In this document: positions 55,897-64,000 of the stretch, one piece after another | Layout of the letters: every line of letters starts with the position of its first letter | How positions within the stretch are numbered: position 1 is the first letter of the stretch | NCBI GenBank assembly: GCA_013374855.1 | Contig: CP055308.1 | Location: 661,310 to 725,309 of the forward strand | DNA length: 64,000 nucleotides | DNA from: Candidatus Woesebacteria bacterium | GTDB lineage: Bacteria > Patescibacteriota > Microgenomatia > UBA8517 | Reading direction: 5' to 3' | Program-made: the position numbers and the translations under genes | The notes under the pieces: generated by a model | What the model was told of the DNA's origin: nothing | The model's input: only the letters and a program-made list of their open reading frames with translations | The model's database searches: none

Positions 55897-57852
55897 ATGT
55901 TAGCACCAATTAACTGGTTAAAGCAGTACGTAGAAATAAGCCTTCCAACAGAAGAGTTAATGTGGCGACTGACCGAAATTGGCTTAACCTGCGAAAAATT
56001 ACAAAAGATAAACGGCGAAGATGTACTTGATATAGAAACCACTCCAAACAGACCAGATTGGATGAGCGTGCTTGGAATAGCAAGAGAAATAGCAGCAATA
56101 GAGAATAAAAAGATAAAACCACCCAAAACAGAAGAAATAAACTACCCCAAAAAAGACATACTTCCAATAAAGCTGAATGTAGATTTTAATCTATTTGAAA
56201 GATGGACTGCAATAACAATAGCCAATATTAAAATAGGCCCATCTCCAAAATGGATACAAGACACTCTTAAATCAGTTAATCTGCGTCCTATTAATAATGT
56301 AGTAGATATTACAAACTTTGTTATGTACGAACTGGGTCTGCCAATGCATGCTTTTGACTATGATGAAATAAAAGGAAAAGAAATGACTGTTCTTCTTTCT
56401 AAGGGTGGAGAAGAATTCACCAGTGTTGATGAAATATCCTACAAACTCCCTAAAAACGCTATGGTCATCAAAGATAAGGAAAGAATAATAGATTTAGCAG
56501 GCATCAAAGGTGGTTTTAATTCTGGAATTAAAAACTCTACAAAAAATATCCTGCTTCATATAACAATAAATAATCCATCAATTATCAGAAGAACATCGAT
56601 CTCACTTGGTTTAAGAAGCGATGCTTCGGCAATATACGAAAGAGGGCCAGACAAAGGTGGAACAATAGAGGCACTTAAAAGAGCTGTCAATCTCATCATT
56701 AAATACGCACAAGGAAAACCCGCTTCAAAGATAATTGATATCAAAAAAACAGACTTCAGGCCTCAAAAAAAGGAGGTCAATCTTGATTATCTAAAGCAAG
56801 TTCTTGGAATAGAAATCCCAAAGAAAAGAATTTTATCTATACTTGAAAGTCTTGACCTCTCACCAAGTATAAAAGGCAGTAAAATAACTTGTAAAATTCC
56901 TACAAGAAGATCCGATATAAAAGATAAAGAAGACCTTGCAGAAGAAGTTGCAAGAATTTATGGTTACAACAAATTCCCCAAAACTCTTCCACGCGGAGAG
57001 TTAAAAAAAGAAAAAATTCCTTATCTTAAAGATCATTCTGTTCAAAACACTTTAAGAAATATACTCGTTGCCTGCGGTTTTTTCGAATCCATGAATTACT
57101 CACTAATTTCTGAGGAAAACTTAAAAAAATGCTTGCTCGAAAACAAAAATTGGGCAAGGATAGAAAATCCGGTAAGCAAAGACTTTGAATTTTTAAGACC
57201 ATCAATTATTCCAAGCCTAATATTGGCAACAAAACTCAATCAAACAAAAAAGAAAATAAAATTATTTGAGATAGACAAAGTTTTTCCTTCAGAAAAATAC
57301 AAATTATCAGGAATATGCAAAGGAATAACATTCAGAAAGTTCAAGGGTATAATAGAAACAATACTTGAGACTTTAGAAATCAAAGATTACAAAATAATCA
57401 AAGAAGTAAAAGAAAAAGTCTGGCATACTAGAAGAAGTGCAAGAATAGTTACAAATAAAACAGAGCTAGGAGTCTTTGGAGAAATAAATCCAAAAGTAAA
57501 AGAAAATTTTGGAATAGAAGGAGAAATTTGGGCATTTGAGCTTGACATAGAAAATCTAAAGAGCTTAAAATCAAGCAAACTCTTTAAAGACATTTCAACT
57601 TACCCTCCACACATAGAGGACATTACCTTTATCTTGCCGGAAAAAACAGAAATAGGAAAGGTTATCAATTCAATTGAAAAAACTTCAGGTCTGATTGAAA
57701 AAACCAAATTAATATCAAAGTTTAAAAACGCTTGGACTTTTAGAATAGTTTACCAAAGCCAGAGTAAAACACTAGATGATAAAGAAATTGAAAAATTAAG
57801 AAATAAAATAATAAAAAATATAGAAAGAATCTACCTAGGAAGAGTAAAATAG
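55897..57852 (+). CDS. pheT: phenylalanyl-tRNA synthetase beta subunit (short form)
   Basis: B3/B4 and B5 regions and C-terminal FDSIT-like domain. 651 aa, lacking the N-terminal tRNA-binding domain. Confidence 0.85.
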   Translation: MLAPINWLKQYVEISLPTEELMWRLTEIGLTCEKLQKINGEDVLDIETTPNRPDWMSVLGIAREIAAIENKKIKPPKTEEINYPKKDILPIKLNVDFNLFERWTAITIANIKIGPSPKWIQDTLKSVNLRPINNVVDITNFVMYELGLPMHAFDYDEIKGKEMTVLLSKGGEEFTSVDEISYKLPKNAMVIKDKERIIDLAGIKGGFNSGIKNSTKNILLHITINNPSIIRRTSISLGLRSDASAIYERGPDKGGTIEALKRAVNLIIKYAQGKPASKIIDIKKTDFRPQKKEVNLDYLKQVLGIEIPKKRILSILESLDLSPSIKGSKITCKIPTRRSDIKDKEDLAEEVARIYGYNKFPKTLPRGELKKEKIPYLKDHSVQNTLRNILVACGFFESMNYSLISEENLKKCLLENKNWARIENPVSKDFEFLRPSIIPSLILATKLNQTKKKIKLFEIDKVFPSEKYKLSGICKGITFRKFKGIIETILETLEIKDYKIIKEVKEKVWHTRRSARIVTNKTELGVFGEINPKVKENFGIEGEIWAFELDIENLKSLKSSKLFKDISTYPPHIEDITFILPEKTEIGKVINSIEKTSGLIEKTKLISKFKNAWTFRIVYQSQSKTLDDKEIEKLRNKIIKNIERIYLGRVK

Positions 57853-57853
57853 A

Positions 57854-58207
57854 CTACTTATTTCGATGATCTCCTTTGGATTCGGGGGCTGTTCTTTCAG
57901 TGATGTAACGCACGGCTTTTGCTACAAATAAATCAGAAAGAGGATCCCGTGGGTCCCCTTCAGGATAATCTGGAAATAACTTTACTTTTCTTTCATCAAA
58001 TTCTTTTTGATCAATAATTCCTAATTTAAAACTCATTCTCAAACACCACCACCTATGCAATAAACTTTCTACTTCTGGACTGGGAAATTTATCAGCCCCA
58101 AGATGAGAAAGAAGAGAACGCTTCCAATTCTCCCAAAAAGAACCTCTAAAATTTTTAGCTTCTTCCTTTGAACAATAATCAGAAGGCCTTGTTATTTCCC
58201 TTGTCAT
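57854..58207 (-). CDS. hypothetical protein
   Basis: 117 aa ORF convergent with pheT; no motif recognised. Confidence 0.3.
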   Translation of the reverse strand: MTREITRPSDYCSKEEAKNFRGSFWENWKRSLLSHLGADKFPSPEVESLLHRWWCLRMSFKLGIIDQKEFDERKVKLFPDYPEGDPRDPLSDLFVAKAVRYITERTAPESKGDHRNK

Positions 58208-58246
58208 TTTAAATATTATACAAAAGATGTCAAATGAATTTAAAAA

Positions 58247-60847
58247 TCAGGGAAGTGGACTGGGTACCAATGATGGTGTAGGTGAAGGAGTTGGAGTAGA
58301 GTAATTCCATTCAACACCAACACCAATTGTTATCTCTTTCTCTGAAGTATTACCCGCTTTATCTTTTGCTCTTGCTTTCAACTTGTGAACGCCTTTTGTC
58401 AAAGAAAGAATAGTTGTATAAGGAGGCTTAGAAAAAGTGCGGTAACTATTTCCATTTACAAATAAAACAACATCCACAATATCAGAAATAGAATCCGCTC
58501 TAATCTTAATTTCTAAATTCTCCGGCAAATTGGAAGATTTGTCCTGTGGTTTTTCAAAATCAACAGAAAGAGGGTTTGCAGAACCGCAATATTCAGTCGG
58601 CGGATGATAACGCGGGTCAGTCTGGGCGTAAAGCCAATTCAAGATTGCTTCCTGCCATTTATTTGGTCCGCCACCTGATGTAGGATCTTCCTCCTTAAAA
58701 ATGAAAAACTCCTTTTCTTCGTAATTACCACTTTGAATATCAGCAGGTGTTGCTAATTTTCCCTCACTCTTACAAACTTTCAACTTAACATGCACAGGAT
58801 CATCCCCAGGTTCTGTTCCTGATACAAAAATTTCAGGCCTTGAAGGAAAATCATCATGAGCTCTGTAACCTGAAATTTTATCTACATCAACCGTTACAAT
58901 TCCTTCTGGCCTCTCAAAACCAATACTTGGCTTACCTGAAAGTGCCTCAAGAACAATTTTTCTCCATATAGGTGTCGCCCCCGAGACACCAGAGGCTACA
59001 TTCTTCATTTCAGAATTATCATTATTTCCTACCCATACACCAACCATAACTTGTGTATTTCCTCCTATCGCCCAATTATCTCTCTTATCATTAGTTGTAC
59101 CAGTTTTAACCATAATAGTCCTGCCGGGAATATTAAGAAGAGAATTTGGACCAAATACATCGCTTCTTGCATTATTATCCGACAAAATATCAGATATGAT
59201 ATAGGAAATTTCCGGTGTTAAAACCCGATTCTTTTTCTTTGGTTTTACTTCTTCTAAAACCTTACCATTCAAATCCTCGACTTTAAGAATAGAAACAGGT
59301 TCTACCTTAAAACCTTGATTGACAAAAGCGCAGTAAGCACCAGTTAACTCCAAAAGCCTTACCTCACCTCCACCAAGCGTCAAAGAAAGACCAACTCTGC
59401 TTAAGGTATCCTTATTTGGTTCAAGAGAAGAAATACCAAGATCGTAGGCCAGTTTAAGCACATTTTCTATACCAGTCATTGCAAGCATCTTAACCGCCGG
59501 AACATTCAAAGAATTACCCAGAGCATAACGAACCTGAACAGGGCCTCTGTACTTACCATCATAATTAACTGGCTTATAAGGCTTTCCGCCCTGACCCATA
59601 CCAAATTCAGTAGGCACATCCATCAAAAGGGTAGAGGCAGTGTAGCCCTTCTTTAAGGCAGCAGCATAAGTAATTGGTTTTATGGCAGAACCTGGCTGTC
59701 TCAAAGAAAGAGTAACATTTACTTGTCCGTCATAGTTAGGATCGGAAAAATCTTTCGACCCTACCATTGCTAAAATTTCCCCTGTCTCAGGGTCAAGAAC
59801 AACAACAGCACCATTCGTAATGTTAAATTTTTCTACTTTTGATATTTCTTCCTTTACTATACCTTGAGCCTTCTCCTGAAGTTTAAGGTCTAAAGTCGTT
59901 GTTACTCTCAAGCCTCCTTTTTCCACAACATCCTCCCCATATCTTTCCTCTAAAATTTTTTGGACATACTGAACAAAATGAGGTGCCTTAAAGCCTACAT
60001 CTTTTGGCTTAAAAACAACATTCCCAAGTTGATTAACCGCTTCTTCCTCCTGATCTCTAGTAATATAACCGTCTTCTCTCATTCTCCTCAAAACCGCTTT
60101 AGTTCTTTCAATGTAAGCTTTTGGAGTAGAGGAATAGGGAGAATATACAGATGGCCTTTGAGGAAGGCCTGCCAAAATAGCCGATTCAACAAGATTAAGA
60201 TCCTTAACTTTTTTGCCAAAATACATTTCAGAAGCAGTTTCTACACCCCAAGCAGTACCACCATATGGAGCTTCATTTAAATACATCTGCAAAATTTCAT
60301 CTTTTGTATATTTTCTCTCTATCTGAACCGCCAATATAAATTCCCTGATTTTGCGGAAAAGAGTGCGCTCTGAAGTCAAAAGCGTGTTTTTAACCAATTG
60401 TTGAGTAAGAGTTGAACCACCTTGAAGCCTTCTCTTTACAACTATATTAAATATCGCCCGCAAATAACCCCTGATATCAAACCCTTTATGTTTATAAAAG
60501 TTTTTATCTTCTATAGCTACAGTTGCCTGACGAAGATATAAAGGAACCTCCTCCAGTGAAACTGGAGTCCTCCTTTTATCCTGGAAAATGTCATATAAGG
60601 TCTCACCATTTCTATCTAAAATCTTTGTAGAAAAACCTTCTCTCCTTACAACCTTATCAGGAGAAGGAAGATTGAAAGCAAAAAAAGGAACCAAAACAAA
60701 AAACAAGGCAAAGATAGTAATAACCGACAAAAAACCTATTTTCGCAAAAAATAATATCCTTTTACTTTTTTCCAAGCTAATTCTCGAACGCAAACCATAA
60801 GTTGATATTTTCCTCCTTTTTGCAACCTGTTTCCATCTAGGTACCAT
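58247..60847 (-). CDS. class A penicillin-binding protein (glycosyltransferase + transpeptidase) with C-terminal Ig-like extension
   Basis: TM anchor, GT51 motifs (ATVAIEDKNFYKHKGFD, GGSTLTQQLVKN), and transpeptidase SAIK (SxxK), SLN, KTGTT. Confidence 0.85.
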   Translation of the reverse strand: MVPRWKQVAKRRKISTYGLRSRISLEKSKRILFFAKIGFLSVITIFALFFVLVPFFAFNLPSPDKVVRREGFSTKILDRNGETLYDIFQDKRRTPVSLEEVPLYLRQATVAIEDKNFYKHKGFDIRGYLRAIFNIVVKRRLQGGSTLTQQLVKNTLLTSERTLFRKIREFILAVQIERKYTKDEILQMYLNEAPYGGTAWGVETASEMYFGKKVKDLNLVESAILAGLPQRPSVYSPYSSTPKAYIERTKAVLRRMREDGYITRDQEEEAVNQLGNVVFKPKDVGFKAPHFVQYVQKILEERYGEDVVEKGGLRVTTTLDLKLQEKAQGIVKEEISKVEKFNITNGAVVVLDPETGEILAMVGSKDFSDPNYDGQVNVTLSLRQPGSAIKPITYAAALKKGYTASTLLMDVPTEFGMGQGGKPYKPVNYDGKYRGPVQVRYALGNSLNVPAVKMLAMTGIENVLKLAYDLGISSLEPNKDTLSRVGLSLTLGGGEVRLLELTGAYCAFVNQGFKVEPVSILKVEDLNGKVLEEVKPKKKNRVLTPEISYIISDILSDNNARSDVFGPNSLLNIPGRTIMVKTGTTNDKRDNWAIGGNTQVMVGVWVGNNDNSEMKNVASGVSGATPIWRKIVLEALSGKPSIGFERPEGIVTVDVDKISGYRAHDDFPSRPEIFVSGTEPGDDPVHVKLKVCKSEGKLATPADIQSGNYEEKEFFIFKEEDPTSGGGPNKWQEAILNWLYAQTDPRYHPPTEYCGSANPLSVDFEKPQDKSSNLPENLEIKIRADSISDIVDVVLFVNGNSYRTFSKPPYTTILSLTKGVHKLKARAKDKAGNTSEKEITIGVGVEWNYSTPTPSPTPSLVPSPLP

Positions 60848-60951
60848 TTAGAATATTCTAGAATATAAACACAAAAAGGTAAACTCAAAAAATCAGTTTT
60901 GTAAAATAAACAAATTGAAAAGAAAATAAAATTGGGTGTAAAATAAACATC

Positions 60952-62100
60952 ATGGATATAGATGAAGTATTAACAAGAGGAGTAGAACAAATAATTCCAT
61001 CAAAAGAAGATTTAAAATATCTGATCCAAAAGAGAAAAATAACTCTTTATCAAGGTTTTGATCCTACCACGCCCAACCTTCATATTGGACATCTTGCTGG
61101 AATTATGAAACTTCGCCAATTCCAAAAAATGGGTCATAAAATTATATTTCTCATAGGAGACTTTACTGCAAGAATAGGCGATCCCACCGGAAAACTATCA
61201 GCAAGGAAAATGTTAAGTGAAAACGAAGTAAAAAGAAATTTAAAAGGCTGGAAAAAAATAGTCCAAAAGATCATAGATTTCAATGGCAAAAACAAAGCAG
61301 AAATTGTATTTAACTCTAGATGGAACGAAAAAATAACATTCGCCGACCTTATTAAAATCTGTTCTAATTTTACAGTTCAACAAATGATAGAAAGAAATAT
61401 GTTCCAGGAAAGAATGAAAAGAAAAAACCCAATTTTTTTATCAGAATTTCTTTATCCTGTAGCACAGGCAATAGATTGTGTCAATTTAAATGTTGATTTA
61501 GAAATAGGCGGTTCTGATCAACTCTTCAACATGCTAGCAGGACGCCAACTAATGCTTGCCACTACAAAAAAGGAAAAGTTCGTTATGACACTTAAGCTTC
61601 TAACTGACAAGGAAGGTAAAAAAATAGGGAAGACTGAAGGTAACGCAATAGTATTTAACAAAGGAGAAATTGATACATACGGGAAAATAATGAGTTTGCC
61701 AGATGAAATAATCTATCCTGCATTTGAACTTCTTACCGAAGTAAGTCTGTCAAAAAAGATGAAAGAAATCAAAGAAAACCCAATGAGAGAGAAGAAAAAA
61801 TTAGCTTTTGAGATTACAAAAATAATTTACGGCGAAAGAAAAGCAATTCAAGCAGAAATTCACTTTGAAAAAACATTCCAGAAAAAGAAACCAGATTTTA
61901 ACCAGAAAACAAAAAATATGGGAACATTGGCAAAAACCATAGCTGTTCACACACCAAGAAAATCAATTTCTGAAGCAAAAAGATTAATTATCAACAAAGC
62001 AGTAGAAGTAAACGGAAAATTAATTCAAGACCCAACATATAAAACACGAAAAGGGGATAAGATAAAAGTGGGTGAAAAAATATTCTTGCAAGTAGAATGA
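60952..62100 (+). CDS. tyrS: tyrosyl-tRNA synthetase (with C-terminal S4-like domain)
   Basis: HIGH motif (PNLHIGHLAG), KMSKS-like KIGKTEG, C-terminal S4 RNA-binding domain. Confidence 0.8.
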   Translation: MDIDEVLTRGVEQIIPSKEDLKYLIQKRKITLYQGFDPTTPNLHIGHLAGIMKLRQFQKMGHKIIFLIGDFTARIGDPTGKLSARKMLSENEVKRNLKGWKKIVQKIIDFNGKNKAEIVFNSRWNEKITFADLIKICSNFTVQQMIERNMFQERMKRKNPIFLSEFLYPVAQAIDCVNLNVDLEIGGSDQLFNMLAGRQLMLATTKKEKFVMTLKLLTDKEGKKIGKTEGNAIVFNKGEIDTYGKIMSLPDEIIYPAFELLTEVSLSKKMKEIKENPMREKKKLAFEITKIIYGERKAIQAEIHFEKTFQKKKPDFNQKTKNMGTLAKTIAVHTPRKSISEAKRLIINKAVEVNGKLIQDPTYKTRKGDKIKVGEKIFLQVE

Positions 62101-62204
62101 AGACAAACAAGAAAAAAATTCTCGTCAAAATTATAGTCATTATGGCAGCTCTTGGTCTTTTAGCTTCCTCTGTTCTTCCATTCCTAATTTATCTAAGATA
62201 AAAA

Positions 62205-64000
62205 ATGGATCTTTCTGACTCTGTAAAAAAAATTCCACTTGTAGGTGGACACTATGCCAATCTTCTTAAAAAACTTGAAATAGATACCGTAGAAAATCTA
62301 CTCTTCCACATACCCCTAAGATATGTTGACTTTTCAAACAAGACAAACATAAAAGAGGCCCAAATAGGAAAAACAATAACCATAGAAGCAGAAGTTGAGA
62401 AAATCCAAAATGTATATACAAAAAGAGGTAAAAACATTCAAATAGCAGAAGTAAAAGACAAGACCGGTTCTTTGAATATAGTCTGGTTTAATCAACCATA
62501 TCTTTATAAAACAATAAGAAAGGGAGAAATATATTATTTTTCAGGCAAAGTAAATTTTTTTAACTTTAGGAAAACAATGATTTCACCTGAATTTGAAAAA
62601 AAAGAAACAGACGAAAGAATTCACACAGGAAGATTGGTCCCTGTATATCCTCTTACTAAAGGTGTATCAAGCAAATGGTTGCGTTCGCGAATCAGACAAG
62701 CCTTAAATATATACAAAAAATCAATTAAGGAAAATCTGCCTCAGGAGGACTTAGATAGTTTTAATATTATGGAAAGAAAGAGGGCATTTGAAAGGGCACA
62801 CTTTCCTCAAGACAAAAACGAAGCCAGAAAAGCCAAAGAAAGGTTGGCGCTTGACGAGCTTTTGAAATTACAACTTGTTAGCCTTTACAAAAAAGCCAAA
62901 TGGCAAAAAGAAAATAAAGCAGAAAAATTATTTATAGACAAAGCTAAAGAGAAGTTTACCAAGCTGATTCCTTTTAAACTAACAGAAGATCAAGAAAAAG
63001 TAATTTCAGAAATAGAAAACGACCTTAAAAAAGAAATACCAATGAACAGACTTCTTGAGGGAGATGTTGGAAGCGGAAAAACAATTGTAGCCGCGTTTGC
63101 AGCCTTCTTGGCTGTCAATAACAGAAAACAAACAGTTGTGATGGCGCCAACTGAGATTTTGGCAAAACAACACTATCAAACGTTTAGCAATATCTTTAAA
63201 GGACAAAAAATAAGTCTTGTCACTTCATCATTTAAAAAAATCGAGAAAAATGCAAAAATAATAATAGGAACACACTCTCTTCTTTACCAAAAAGAAATCT
63301 TTAAAAAACCAGCACTTGTAATTATAGATGAACAACACAAATTTGGGGTCTTCCAAAGAGGAAAATTGATAAAATCAATAAAAAAAGATAAATGTCCTCA
63401 TATCCTCACAATGACAGCAACTCCCATCCCTCGAACTATAGCACTGACAGCCTATGGACATCTTGACCTTTCAACTATAAACACTATGCCTTCAGGAAGA
63501 AAAAAAGTTTTAACATGGATTGTACCGGAAGAAAAAAGAAAAAAAGCATATGAGTGGATTAAAAATAAAATAAAGAAAGAAAAAGAACAGGTTTTTATAA
63601 TTTGCCCCCTAATAGAAGAATCAGAAATAGATTCTATGAAACAAGTTAAATCAGCACTATCTGAATACGAAAAACTTAAAAGAGAATTTAGAGAATTCAA
63701 AGTAGAGGTTCTTCATGGTAAATTAAAACCAAAAGATAAAGACAAAATAATAAACGACTTTAGAAACAAAAGAATAGATATCTTGGTAAGCACACCGGTA
63801 GTTGAAGTTGGGGTTGACATACCAAATGCAAACATAATTGTAATTGAAACCGCTGACAGATTTGGACTCGCTCAACTGCATCAATTAAGAGGCAGGGTGG
63901 GGAGAGGTGAAAAACAAGGATATTGTTTGCTTTTCTCCGAAAGCAAATCAAAAAAGACTCTAAAAAGACTATCTGCTTTAAAAGAGGAATCATCAGGTTT
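62205..64000 (+). CDS. recG: ATP-dependent DNA helicase RecG (3' partial; continues beyond window)
   Basis: N-terminal wedge/OB region, Walker A GDVGSGKT, DEQH box, MTATPIPRT, motif VI QLRGRVGRG. Confidence 0.85.
   Translation, partial: MDLSDSVKKIPLVGGHYANLLKKLEIDTVENLLFHIPLRYVDFSNKTNIKEAQIGKTITIEAEVEKIQNVYTKRGKNIQIAEVKDKTGSLNIVWFNQPYLYKTIRKGEIYYFSGKVNFFNFRKTMISPEFEKKETDERIHTGRLVPVYPLTKGVSSKWLRSRIRQALNIYKKSIKENLPQEDLDSFNIMERKRAFERAHFPQDKNEARKAKERLALDELLKLQLVSLYKKAKWQKENKAEKLFIDKAKEKFTKLIPFKLTEDQEKVISEIENDLKKEIPMNRLLEGDVGSGKTIVAAFAAFLAVNNRKQTVVMAPTEILAKQHYQTFSNIFKGQKISLVTSSFKKIEKNAKIIIGTHSLLYQKEIFKKPALVIIDEQHKFGVFQRGKLIKSIKKDKCPHILTMTATPIPRTIALTAYGHLDLSTINTMPSGRKKVLTWIVPEEKRKKAYEWIKNKIKKEKEQVFIICPLIEESEIDSMKQVKSALSEYEKLKREFREFKVEVLHGKLKPKDKDKIINDFRNKRIDILVSTPVVEVGVDIPNANIIVIETADRFGLAQLHQLRGRVGRGEKQGYCLLFSESKSKKTLKRLSALKEESSG

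Noticed and set aside
1-64000. CRISPR arrays, rRNA genes, prophage structural genes
   Set aside because: No short direct-repeat/spacer arrays, no 16S/23S/5S-like segments, and no capsid/tail/terminase-like ORFs seen. The only mobile-element signature is the serine recombinase island.

Overview
A 64 kb chromosomal segment from a low-GC (~35%), gene-dense bacterium whose reduced, archaeal-flavoured gene set suggests a CPR/Patescibacteria-like lineage. Most of the window is housekeeping, almost all on the + strand: dnaE (5' partial), rplS, ruvC, ppsA-eno-gpmI, divergent lexA/uvrB-uvrA, uvrC, secG, ddl, murF, pyrG, a DRG-like GTPase, rtcB with thpR, trigger factor lacking a PPIase domain, thrS-infC-rpmI-rplT-pheS-pheT, a class A PBP, tyrS and recG (3' partial). 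Fifteen tRNA genes lie between 24.2 and 43 kb, none reported by the ORF track. The standout feature is a ~7.4 kb integrated element abutting the 3' end of tRNA-Ala (42935..50380). It carries a GC-rich large serine recombinase, an HTH controller gene, two DNA methyltransferases flanking a candidate restriction endonuclease, and a standalone OLD-family ATPase/Toprim nuclease. Its architecture is unusual: a ~350 bp GC-rich module (B-CCAC-A) occurs once intact internally and once split across the two element ends, giving nested perfect inverted repeats of 124 bp and 226 bp with CCAC at every breakpoint. That is the footprint of serine-recombinase site-specific recombination at a CCAC core. A second methyltransferase + HNH nuclease pair sits just outside the element, directly upstream of thrS. 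Other points worth a second look: a promoter-driven ~110 nt structured RNA with an intrinsic terminator upstream of a GH73 peptidoglycan hydrolase paralog; a pheM-like leader peptide and attenuator between rplT and pheS; a 12 bp perfect inverted repeat bracketing the controller-gene promoter; and paralog pairs (ddl-like, GH73, PF04020-like membrane proteins). No rRNA and no CRISPR array were seen.
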